Part shown: one piece after another, positions 13,227-26,300 of the stretch | How the letters are laid out: every line of letters begins with the position of its first letter | How positions within the stretch are numbered: position 1 is the stretch's first letter | From: Lama guanicoe | Lineage: Eukaryota | Direction: 5' to 3' | Length of the DNA: 64,000 bases | Assembly: GCA_013239625.1 (NCBI GenBank) | Contig: MU054400.1 | Location: 2,888,282-2,952,281, forward strand | Notes under the pieces: generated by a model | What the model was told of the DNA's origin: nothing | The model's database searches: none | What the model saw: the letters and a program-made list of their open reading frames with translations, nothing else | Translations under genes and position numbers: made by a program

Positions 13227-13274
13227 ATTTCTCATGGTTTGGATTTGGGAAAGTAAAATCAAGACAAGGTGTTG
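13227..13274 (+). CDS. NTRK2: NTRK2 48-nt alternative cassette exon (exon 17 in the common human numbering), (D)FSWFGFGKVKSRQGV(G)
   Basis: gttttcag|ATTTCTCATGG…GGTGTTG|gtaagt. It is 48 nt, phase 1-1, and matches the 16-aa insert of the long TrkB isoform. The peptide is visible at the end of ORF 13094..13282. Confidence 0.95.
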
Positions 13275-14759
13275 GTAAGTAGTTACTCCTTCTTTGGATA
13301 AGTAATGAGTCGTTTAATTAGGATGAAACTGCCTTGACCTTCTTTATACTTTTTGGTCCTTGATTCTTTTTTTGTGTGTTCCCAATTTCTAATTTGCTGA
13401 AGAAGGAGGCCTCGAATTTTCCGGATAAGGCATTACTGTTGCTAATTAACTTCAGTAAGTCGCTCTGTATTTTTGAAGCTGACTTGTTTTCATCCTGTGG
13501 AAAAGTGTTAACTGTCGTCCAAATCTAGCTGGTTGCTGCATTTTTAAGGTTAAGGAAATAAAATGCAACTACACTCCAAGTACAGCAAATAGCTGGCTGA
13601 ATATTCAAGTCTGGACAAGTGTGGACCTTAACTTTCTTCCACTGGCCAACATGTAGGAAATTTCTGAATTGGGAAATCAGCTGTTTTATGACCACTTCTC
13701 TTTCAAAGCAAGACTCTAATGTCCAGACGCTGTGATTTGTGCTTGATTGCATTCTATTCCTTTGCATTCAGACTATGTGCTGACAATTGAAAAGCAGAGT
13801 GTGTAACTGCCAGATGAGTGCAGATAATGCAGCTCATCACCAGGATTGAAATCAGGTGTGATCTCCTGGGACCTCCAATTTGTTCAGTATTTTCTATGGG
13901 TACAGAGACAATGAACAGGAATTGCTTAGAAGGCATGAAAAGACAGACTGTCTTTACATCTTTCATGTGTATTTCCAAGATCTGGCCCCATCTTGGACCA
14001 TCTCGGGCATCTGTTGGTTAGTATTTGTTTTAGTAGCAAGATTGGCTATAGGGAAAATTGTAAAATAGGGAAAGTGTACCAGTGTCACAGAGTCTCCTCG
14101 TTCCGAGCCATCCTCCCCATCTGTGTTCCTCTCATCTGTCTAAGGAAGCCTGTTTCCTTTCCCTTTTTGAGCCTAATATCAGACTTTTCCTACTGGACAG
14201 CCTGCATCAGTGTCCGTCTAGTGATTCAAAATGTCACACAGGCTGAACCCAGAGGTAGCAGAGAAGGGAGAAAGTTGCTGTGACCCTTAACTAGCCCCAG
14301 GAATCCCCAGGCTCTTAATCAGGGAAGAGAAAGTGGAATGTGGCAAAGCTGAAACGTTAAGCTCCACCAGCTCAGGACTTGTCTGCCACTCCCCGGGGGC
14401 AAATTTCAGATACAGCTGATCACATCACTTTGCCAAGATAGCAGAGAGCCTGCCCTGGCTGTGCGGTCTTGAAGGCGCCTGTTAAAGGCTTGCTCTGTGC
14501 ACAGCATTGGTGGTGGAGTGGGGAGCTGAGTGCTAAAATCTGTGGCATGGGAACTTTCCTCCGTGGAACAGCAAATTGCTGCAACCACTTTGCTGTTTTC
14601 CAGGTCCATTACCCTGCAGAGAGGTGTTTGTTTCTGGGAAGCTTCAATAAACAGGCATTGTCCTTTTAGGCCACAGTGGAGGGAATTCTCCTTCGGAATT
14701 ATTTTTTTCAGCTACAGTTCATCGGAAGTGCTGCTGCTTTAAAATGTAGGTTTCATTAT

Positions 14760-15260
14760 GATTCAGGTGTGGTGAGGGCAGCAGGTCAGGGGATGGCTGC
14801 TCCTGAAAAGGTAGTTTGTTACTCAGTTCCCAAGAGAATAGGACCGGCCATGCCACGGTGGGACCGCGGTGTTGAGGGGAGCATGGGATCGATCAGGAGG
14901 CAGAAGGAGTGAGGGGAAAACATAGACAAGAGACTTTATTGTGGTTTCTGCAGAAAGGAATGGGCAAGGCAGGGGACGCAGGTTTGGGACTGGCTCTGGA
15001 GTGTAGGGACAGTCCCCGGTTGTCTGACCACTGGCTCTGGGGTGATGGGGCGTGTGTGCAGTGACTTGGAGTATGAGAACCTGATGTGGAATGTGGTGGG
15101 GGGTGCAGACTCTGGATTGGCCGATTTGTATCTGGAAAATACCCTCATAGGCAGGCACTTTATCATCTCCAGGAACTGGCAGTCCCTCCTGTGTCATCAA
15201 GGCCCCTGATGTCGAAGCTTTAGATTACAGAAAATAAAAGACATGGTTAATACAACTATT
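14760..15260 (-). mobile_element. ERV-type solo LTR (family not determined)
   Basis: TG…CA-like ends, a minus-strand AATAAA (ctttatt, ~14934) and LTR-like composition. Confidence 0.5.
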
Positions 15261-17494
15261 CAAAAACAATAATCTGTCTCTCTCCTTGAAGGCGCTGTTC
15301 ATCTCAAGAGAAGGAAACTCCTTCTGCAGATGACCTCCATCAATTCTCATCAGGGGAAAAATGTCTCAGGCAGGCTTAGAAATGTCTGTAAAGTCATAAA
15401 TGCAAAGATACGTTACTGAGCAGCTCTGGTAAAAGAAAAATGCCTCTACGCACGTGAGACATGTTAAAATAAAAATGAGCTAAAAATGTTTCCAGGCACA
15501 GCTCCCATTTGTCATCTCATAATTAGAACTCTACCCCAGACTCAGCAAGCTGCACCTACCCAGCAATTTAAAACTTTTTGTTAACATTATAAGACATCTT
15601 TGCAAGTCCTCGTATGAATTTCTTATTACACACTGTGATGTGCCCCTGACTCTTCTTCTGTCTGTCTTTTCGCGATGTCTCCTCCCGCACGTGCACAGAC
15701 ACACAGTGACACATCCCCTGATAGGCACAGACAGGCTGCTGTCAAATTATATAGACATTCATCGTCCCCCCTGAGAGCTTCTCCCCCTCCCCGACTTTGC
15801 TGTGCGCCATTAGATCAAAATGTTCAGAGAAAAATGGCTGGCTCCCTGCGACCTCGCCAGCCACATCAATCTTCCAGGACCTGGACCATCAGTAGTGAAG
15901 AAAACAGCGCTTCAATTAACATTCCACTTGATGAATTGTTGAGATTTACATGTCGCCCAGATTTGTCAACAGTGCCCTTCTGGCAAAGTGAAAAAAGCTT
16001 TTGAATATTACCTCTGGTGCTCTATACCGCTTCTGTGCTTCAAAATTTTCCCCCAGACAGAGAGCCCATTCCCTTGGGATCTGTTACCTCGGAGATGGGG
16101 GTTTGACTCAGCGAGGCCAGAGGAAGGAAAGAGCGTCCTTTGGTGACAGAGGGGAAGCAGAGAGTAAGCCCCTTGGTTGAACTCTTTAAGTAAGTCTCCG
16201 CTATGCACATGGCAGATGCTTTAAGGCCTGAATTCCTGGAGGAATGTCAACATTGCCTTCGGAGTATCAGCCTCCTCCAAAATGATTGACTTCTCCAGGA
16301 ATTTTGATACCCTGTGCTGGGCCAAAAGGGAATCAGAGACAAAGCCACTTGAATCAGTGTGTTTCTAACTGTTGCAAAGAATCCAGAAGTGAGTCCCGCT
16401 GGCCTTCTGACAGCATGTGGAGAGTTTGAACATGACAACGCTTGCGTTTCTGGGGGTAAACATGCAGCCTGGAGTCTGTTGAGAAATGTGTGGCCTTAAC
16501 TGCACCCTTCCCGGTGAGCTCAGGCGGTAGCGTGCTTTGGTAACCTCCAAGGAGGGAACAGCTGCACCGGGTCCAGAGCAGGGGAGCCCGTGGTGGGGAG
16601 GTTTTATTGACAAGATGTAGAAACCTTAGCATAACACATTTCCATTTTCCATTTCTGGGCTTAAGCTCTGGGTGATCGAGGCCTGTCAGGAAGCAAATCA
16701 TACAACAGGGCTGGTTAAGGATCTTAGAAAGAACTTGTCTCTTGGCAGAACTTCCACTGTTTACTAACACTGGTGATCTAGGCTCAAGACGAACACGACT
16801 GGTGAGCTTGCCTTGGCTTTGAATGTTCTGTGGCTTCTCAGTTGGCTGTGTGAGGACTTGCTCGCAGAATGTAGCCAGCGTGCATCCTTAAAGCAACTTA
16901 AATACACATCCCCTTGAGAGAACGCTTTTAAAAATTACCTGTAATAGCAGTTGGCTGCCTCCTGCATAGTTGAAGATTCGGCTAGCTGGGGAATGTCCAA
17001 TTGTTATCCCTACAAACTGTGATAATCCTCATGTAGAGGGGAGTTTGGGGGGTGGATTAGTGTGATATGTCAGAGGGGATTCAAAAATGTATGATGCAAG
17101 AACTTGTGTTTTTAGACTTGCCATGCTTCTTATGGAAAGAGCCAAGTGTGAGGGAAAAGGTAGAGACTGGATGGAAGTGCTGAAACCTACATCCCAGGGG
17201 CTGGATGAAAACACATAGCCTTGCTAAGGAAGTAGCAATTCAGACTTTATTTCTCTAGGACTCATTTGTCTTGGCTGCACATTCGATTTTGCCTTCTCAT
17301 TGCCTTCCCTTTGCCTTTCTTCCATATCTTTTTCTTGCTATCTTCCTCTTGGCTTATTGTAGTAGCCCTGGGTGGTGGTTGCCTTTTGTGGGACCCTGCA
17401 CCTACTCAGGACACTGCAGAAACATGTGTAATATATACCTAAGGGGCTTTGTTTGCTTTTTATGTAGGGCGTGTCTATCAAGAGCCACTGAGAT

Positions 17495-17986
17495 TTTTTT
17501 TTTATTTAATTAAAGTATAGTTGATTTACGATGTTGTGTTAGTTTCTGGTGTACAGCATTAGTGATCAGATATGTATATATATTATATAATATATATACT
17601 CTTTTTCTTTATCTGTTAGAACTGTGTGGTTTTTCTATTTTACATATAGCAGTTTGTATCTGCTAATCCCAAACTTCTTATTTATCCCCTGCTCCCTTCC
17701 CCTTTGGTAACCATAAGTTGGTTTTCTATGTCTGTGAGTCTCTGTTTTGTAACTAAGTTCATTTGCATCATTTTTTTTTTTTAGATTTCACATATAAGCA
17801 ATATCCCATGATAATTTTTCTTTCCATGTTTGACTTATTTCACTTAGTATGATAATTGCCAGGTTCACTCAGGTTGCTGCAAATGGCATTATTTCATTCT
17901 TTTTTATGGCTGAGTAGTATCCTGTACACCATGTCTTCTTTATCCAATCATCTATTGCTGGACATTTAGGTTGCCTCCGTGTCTTG
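17495..17986 (-). mobile_element. 5'-truncated lineage-specific L1 (ORF2 C-terminus + 3'UTR) with 15-bp TSD
   Basis: TSD aagagccactgagat at 17480-17494 and 17987-18001, plus poly(T). ORF 17869..18090 reads QPKCPAIDDWIKK…YYSAIKKNEIMPFAAT, the L1 ORF2p C-terminus. Confidence 0.93.
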
Positions 17987-18669
17987 AAGAGCCACTGAGA
18001 TCTTAACTGTTTTGAAGTTTTCAGTGAATGTAGACCTTTATTTTTGTGAATGTTTGTAATCTTTGGAAACAGTATGGGTTTAGCAGCCAATGGACAAAGT
18101 CTTTAGATAAGACACAGTAGACTATATTTATAGGCATATACATTCTGAGGCTCTGGACTAGAAAGTTTGTCTTGTATGAAAAATGTTTACAGTTATTGCT
18201 TTAGTATAAAGATATGAATGCAATGATTCTACAAATAACAATTATGGCTAAAGGCAAAGCAGATAACTTTGCCATAGGATTGATCCATTATTTTTATTAA
18301 AGTATTTTGTAGGCAAAACAGCTGCTGACAGAACACATAGAAAGTGGAACACAGTAACAGGACAGTCTAATGTGATTCTAGTCTTCCAGGTATAGATGTA
18401 TTTAGTAATACTGAGTGGTAATTCATACTCATGAAGCACATTTTCATATCAGTAGTTTCATTTCAGTCTCATAAAGTAACTAGCAGATATCATTTTGTAC
18501 ATTTTACAAATATAAGTGAATATAAAGGTATAAAAAAGGTGAGTGACTTGTCCAAAGAGTGGAGAAAGGATCAGATCTTTGAAATCCTGGAGCAACAGGT
18601 GTCCTAGATTCGTGCTGGGAGTTTCAAAGAGAGTGTCCTAAAGGTGTTCGAAAAACAGAAAGCAAAACT

Positions 18670-19632
<963 letters not shown>

Positions 19633-22600
19633 TGACAAGGATGATTGAGGGAAGAGTGCAGAGGAACGTCTGAGGATTCTTGGGGCTTTGAGCCCACGGA
19701 ATAGATCATTTAGTTTGTTGATTATGGAGTTCCCAGGGTGTGTCTCCTGCTGGGATTGGAACCATGGGCAGATACTGTCTTCTCCTGGGATTCGTTTTCC
19801 AAAACCATTTGTCAACATGAAGTTGGAATCAAGGCATGCTTATCTTGAAACAGATAGAGACAGAAACCAGAAGTGTCATTAGAATGCGCATACACCAGTT
19901 ACAGAGAGCAAACGATTGGTGGGATTTAAATCTGGTTTATTGGAAGTCCTTCAAACATACCCCAGTGGTAGTCAGGAATGCCCTGAATTGCACACAGGTG
20001 TTGTCAGTTCAGGTGGTTCTGTTTCCTTTGTTCAGTCCTAGTTCCCAGCAGGAGACTCGTGGTGATGTCAAAATAGAGAAGAGACATCACAACAGATGAT
20101 GTGCCTGCTAAGTGTGCTGAGTTATATTTCTCAGAACCAGATTAACCCATTAGCCTCTGTTGGGAAGCTTGGAATTTTTCTCAGAGACACTGATCATTTC
20201 TCCTGAGCCACTGCTCAAATATAGAAAATGGAACACAGCATGAGGGACAACAAAAAATAAAACCACAGGTAGACAAACAGGCTTATGCCATTGGAGCTCC
20301 AGGCCTTCCCTCACACATGAATAAAGGGCCATGGGGGCTAGAATATCAGGTGGCCGAAGTCCCAGGGGCCCCCGGCACTGAGAAGTGGTACCCACCCCAC
20401 CTTAAATGCTGTTCTCCTGCCCTGCCTCTGGTAAGGTAGGACTATTTCGAGGTCATATTTGGTGGACTGACTTTTCACTGAGAACTCTCATGGCTCAAGG
20501 GGACTTAGCAGTGAGTATCTTTTCATATATAAAGAAACACCTGTAATTTCCTCCTATTCATTCACATTTATCCTGAGGTATGGATTAGAATTTAATCATG
20601 GGGAAAAACAGTGTTACAAACTTGTAATGTGTGAGACTGAACCCCATCATAGATTTCAGTTGAATAAGTAATATGGTAAGATAAATACAATAGCATATGT
20701 GAAGAACATTGAGCTCCTTGAAAAAATAAAAGGTATTATTTGAAATCAAGGTATCATTAATCCATAATTATCATTATGGTATGAACAAAGCGTGTGGAAG
20801 CTTTGCTTAAAATGTGCATTCTTTGTTGAGATAAGTGTCCTGCAAAGGTCTTTGAGATGCCCTGCATGCGTAACAGTCAAATACTGAATAAAGCAAAGCA
20901 AGATACAGTCATGAGACAATCTGTCATCGCTTTGCTTGTTCTCTCTAGGAACAGAGTACTGTTCTCCCTAGGACAGAGTACCCCTGTCACCACCACCAGT
21001 ACTAGGCTGTACGTGCTTAGTTAACCTGAGGCTGCATTATAACTGAGGTTGAGGAAATCAACCTGTACTCAAAAATTTGCTTTTCTTTGTCAATGGAGTA
21101 AAGGTAAAGCAGAATAATCAAGTAGGTAGCATTAGCCCAACAAGTCCAACAGGAGAAAATGAGCCGATGGGCAAGAAAGCAAACCAACAAGCACATGAGA
21201 TCCTGTGAAGTGGACTAGATGGCTTCTGAGTCTGGCTCTTAACTAGAAGTGCTCTTCCCTTAGGAATCCCACACGAAAATTCCCAAAGATCATTTCCTTA
21301 ATCTAGAGTCCATGGAGGTTTTTGCAAAGGCTTTGGATTAGACATTTTGGTAATTTTGGAGGAGTCTTGGTTTGTGGCTCAGTCACTCTACACCACTCTA
21401 TACCACTTCCACTTAGAAGGAATTGGAAGAGAGTTTAGGAAATCTGAAGCTCCCCCTCCGCTCCTGTCCTCTAGCAGGGGGCTCTAGACCTCTGCTTGGC
21501 TGTTCCTTATAAAGTCTTGCTGGGCCCTTCACTCAGCTGTCCTTACTGGCTTAGTGTTCTCAGTCACTTGGCCAGAAGACAGTCTTATACCAGAAGAAAT
21601 TTTCTTTCTTCCAAGCACCAAGCCATATGCTCTTTCATGATTTTAAGAACACTTAAAATAGCACATCTTCCATAAACCATTTTTCAAAGAAATGGGAATA
21701 AAGAAGCAATTTACTTCTGTCCTTCCCTTTACCCTTTCTTAAATGCCATTCTTTACCCCGTAATTCTTCCCTGTGCCATCAGTGTATCTGTTGCCTTTTG
21801 TGAAGTCCTGAGGATGACCACTCTTGTGTATGTTTCTGTAGTCTTGATTAGATTAGATTGTAAGCTCCTAGAGAGCAGATGCTAGACCTGCTGAACTGCT
21901 TCTTTATAGCATGGGACAGGATGTGCCTTTGATGTGGGCCAGATGCTGACCAGATATGGCTATAGGTTACTGAAATACTAATTACTAACAGATTTGTGAC
22001 AAGTATAGATGGCCTTTTACATTGGTTCTATTCCTATTAAACTTGCCTGCGAAGAGTTTGTTAGACATGTTTGAACAATATATTAGCCAATTTAAATAGA
22101 TTTAGTTAGCAACTTTAGCAGAAATAAGCCTTTAACAAAAAATCTTTTCTTTGATGATCTTAACTGTAGTCATTCAGAAATTAAAATATTTCAAAATGCA
22201 TAGATCTGACATACAGAGGGATCTGCTGCTCTAGGCCCATGAAATTCTGGGAGCTTAGTTTTCAGTGAAGTTATTTCCATCAAATGTTTTTTCACAACTA
22301 ACCTCTAAAGAACCTCTAAAGAAGGGCTCTTCCAAGAAGTTGGATAGGTCACATCTGAAAAGCAAATTTAAGAGGCTCTCAGGAAAAATTTCGAACTTTT
22401 CCCAGGTGCTTAAAGCAAAATATTCCAGGGACCATACGCCACCAATCTCTGGACCCGTCAGAGGCTTATATCACAAGCCAGCGTATTTACTTCTCTTCCT
22501 AAAACTGCCTGCTACTCAACGATACTGGCTTTAGAGTAGATGTGCGATCTTACAAGCAGTGGTCCCAGCACATTACACTGAATTGTAAGAATCTAATGTA

Positions 22601-23361
22601 GAAGGTGAAGTTCAATCCATTAAATATTTATTGATTACCCACAATATTCCTACAATGCTAAGACTTGAAAATTCAGTGATAATGATGGCATTCCTTGCCC
22701 TTGGGGGGTATCACTGGGGAGGCCATTGGTTAAAGATATCATTATATAATCACAAGGCCCTATGATAGGATAGCTTAGAGCAAGGATCCTAAAACCCAAT
22801 GACTTACAGGGATCAGGCAGGTCAGTATGAGAAACAGGCTGGATTAGAAAGATGACATGGTATCGTGAAGACCAGGATGGAACATGTACCTGTTATTACC
22901 AGATACTTCAGTTTTTCCAGAGAGAGCGGGCATTTTTTATTTTATGTGAACTCGCCAAGATTTAAAACATTGGGAGGGACCAACAAAATACATTGATCCT
23001 CAACCCACCAACTGTTTGTGACTTTAAAGATCAATTAATAGACACTTTATTTGACAGACAGTGCTCAGAAGTGGCTGGTCCGAAGTGATACAGTCTCCCT
23101 ACTCACATAGCTTTGCTCTAAAGACAAAAACAACAAAGAAAAAACATGATCTAACCATATTTCTTTAAATGATGCATAAGATCATTTCAGTGAAGGATGA
23201 CTATAAATGATATCCCCAGAAGAACTTTTTCACCCTCAGGAGCTGTGTGAGGTTTTCATTTACAAAATCCAGAGATGCTTTGCAGGATTTTAGAGCAATC
23301 TGATCAGGGCTGAATTGCTCCCGAGCACTTTCCAATAGCAAGTCTGTCTACTTTATTGCAG

Positions 23362-23390
23362 GGCCCAGAGGTTCCCCCAAGACCGCCTGA
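23362..23390 (+). CDS. NTRK2: Coding part of the alternative terminal exon of TrkB-T-Shc (exon 19): (W)PRGSPKTA-stop
   Basis: ctttattgcag|GGCCCAGAGGTTCCCCCAAGACCGCCTGA. The last T of the previous exon plus GG gives TGG, so the C-terminus reads PDT-WPRGSPKTA*, as known for T-Shc. TAA TAA follows the stop. Confidence 0.93.
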
Positions 23391-26300
23391 TAATAATTTG
23401 GTATTTGGAGGCTCCTGTGTCACTGCAGGAACTAAAGGAGGCTAAATCCATGCCTGATGGAGGAGAAGAGTTCTATGGTTATCTGCAAATTCTGGCCAGA
23501 CAACATCTTGACGTCACTCCTTAGCTTCCATAACCTAGCCAAGCAAGAAGTTGCCTTCCCAAGAGAAAGCAGTGTGCTCTCATGACTAAGCCCTCAAAGT
23601 GCTATGCCACTTTAACTATAGACCCATCTCCTCGATCAATCAGGATGGCAAGATGGAGCTGAGGAGCTCAGCAACATCGAGGCTGGAGTTGGTCTTTAAT
23701 TCAACTAGTCTGTGTAGACGTGTCTGAAAACCACGTCATCTGACTGCACGGGGTGGTTTCCCAGTAGGATTTACCAACTCGGCTCAAGGGCAGCTGTGCT
23801 GCGATCTTCTCCTTGACTGCTGAGAACATTTTTGACAGGGTACAAAGGAAACACACCTTCTGAGCTGGAAAGAAAAGAAAGAAAGAAAGAAAAAAATACC
23901 ACTCTAACCAGCAAAACCCCCGAATCGTCAATCTTGAGTTCTCTTGAAGAGTGGGAATGCGTTATAGCTTCCCCTGCAGGGAAAGCAAATGCCATAGACT
24001 TACTCTCATCCCCTAAATTGTGTCTCTCCTAGAGCAGCCTTGTAAATTAGTTAGGGTCCTAGGCTCAGGGCCGAAATCAAAGGAGAATTGTTTCTAAATA
24101 TGTATTGTATGTGTTTGTTCTTACATAGCATGCCCTCTGTCTGTATCTAGGGCTAGTACCTTCGTGTGGCAGATGCAGATAAAGAATTCTGACTTTTCCC
24201 CCATTTTGATTCCATTTCCAGTGAAATGGATATTAATCGATTTCCTGCCAAGTGCACCATACTTCTCCGGATATTAGAGTTCACGTGTGTGTGTTTCTGT
24301 GCGTGTGTGTGCGTTTTCCTATTGGTTACTTGCTTATTAGGCAACTATATAGACAAGCACAGATTCATAGACCAGCTAAGAGTAAGGGAATAAAATGTAA
24401 TGAAGGGAGGGAGTGTTTTAACAGTAGTTGAAATGATCACATGGGGCATCACTCTTGCTCCCCTGAACTGCCGTACCCATACTGTCATTGTGTTACCAAC
24501 CAGGGGAGGGCGGGGAGGCAGTGTTTTTCACAGAACTGCAGAGGTTTTGAACATATTGGCAGCATGACTTTGCGTACACATGAGCAAAAATGCTGAATTA
24601 TATCCGGGACCCCAGGAGCTCATTAGATCAAGGGATGAGGGCCTTGAGAGTTACTGGAGGTTATCTTCACACCTCAGTGCAGTCTGTGCCCATGGTCCAT
24701 TTTGATGGTCCATCTGATAGGATTTAAAAACAAGTAGAAACAATTGTTTTAGCACTTTCCTATGTCCTTTGCCTACTAATTTTGTCTTTCAAAAGTATAT
24801 TTTCTTCTAAATATTTAACTGGCCAAACAATAGCTGCTTTGGGAACTGTTTCTATCCCTTTGAAGGCCTTGGCCTGCACTTTAAAAATATCCTAAAAGTC
24901 TATCCTGCCCAGCATGAATGTTAGGGCTGAGAGAATGCAGTTATTTTAGGATCCTTAGAAATTGCCTTGTTTGTGGCACAGTGGGCTCACAGCTCGTCCC
25001 CTGGGGGTCTTCATGGCACGTTGCTCAGACTCTGCAGGTTCCAGTCCAGTTCTCACTCCTGGTGCCGTAGTTCCCCATTGCTAGCTATAACCACTTGGTC
25101 TTATGTTCTCCTTTCAATTCCAGAGGAGATGGTAGGGAGCTATCAAATAGTGCTTAAAAAAAGTGAGTTCCCTAGAAGAAAGGAAACCAACACATGCTGC
25201 ACAATTGCCCTGAATATGTAAGCCACGTTGCATAAACTCCACTGGGCTTCATCAGCCAACCGCTGTCAGGCACATCGCAGTGAAGTGAAATAAGAGACAT
25301 CATTCTGTTAGCCTTTGACGGCTGGGTGATAGAACTGTTATCAAAAAAAGAAATACCACTCGATTCTAGGATATCTAGATCTCTTAGAGAAAACACAGTC
25401 CTACCTTTAATGGCTAAAAAGGGAAAAACGATTATGGATTTAGGTCGGGGAGACACTCAGTGAGATTCTGTTTTTACTTCCCCATCATCGGCCAACCGGG
25501 AGGGAATTACGCAGCCCTCACACATCAGGCATTTCAGTCCAGTTCCACCAAATCATCAGTGATGTGCTGGAAGCCCGCCAGCAGAGGCGGGATCCTGCTG
25601 CATTTGTTCTGGGTATTTCCCAAGGCCCAGCTCAGCTGGAGAATGGGTACCAGCTGGAAGGCTCTAATCAAGCTGCACCCCCGGTTTGGTTTCCGGTTGG
25701 TCACTCTTGCAAGTGCCAGCAGGTTCGGGACCAGGACCAGCTCAGCAAACACATATGCAGAGGAGCCGCTTCTGTTGCTAGGGGGCTCCTGCTACCCAGA
25801 TGCTTTGAACACTGAGTGCTCCCTGTGGTTAAGTAGAGATGGCCTGATGGGAGTTTTTCGTGGATGGGACGCTCCAAGCTCAATCCTTTATGGCCGCTAA
25901 TGTACCAGAGTACAGGTTTTCTCCCTGTGAGGTGCGGATTTTCTTGGTCTTCACTGATTCTGCCAGCCGGAGAGGGTGAACCACCGTGGCTGGGCACCTT
26001 CTCAGATTAGTCATCATGCCAGCTCTCCTTAGGTGGTGCAGCCGGGCCGCCCTGCGTGCTCACCGTGTTGTGGTTGTTTGTTTGCTCTTTTTCTTGGTAG
26101 CTGTTATTTCTCTTGAGTGGTGTAAGATGAATTTGCTCCACACCATGGACGGGAAGGAACTGGAGAGAGATCTACTTAGTTCAACCCAATAGCCAAGCAC
26201 AAGGCAGTCTGGCTCCCCGGGCTCAGTCTCTAGGAGGAGTGTGCTCTCCTGAGGTGGAGACAGCAGCCCGGTTCCCGAGTCCACGCTGCTCCCTTTGGCG

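Noticed and set aside
13253..13258. Internal donor AAA|GTAAAA in the 48-nt exon
   Set aside because: The consensus is weak and use would shift the frame (26 nt). Nothing in the sequence supports it.
20937..20981. ~22-bp imperfect tandem duplication (tgttctc(t/c)ctagga(a)cagagtac)
   Set aside because: Ordinary slippage duplication with no sign of function.
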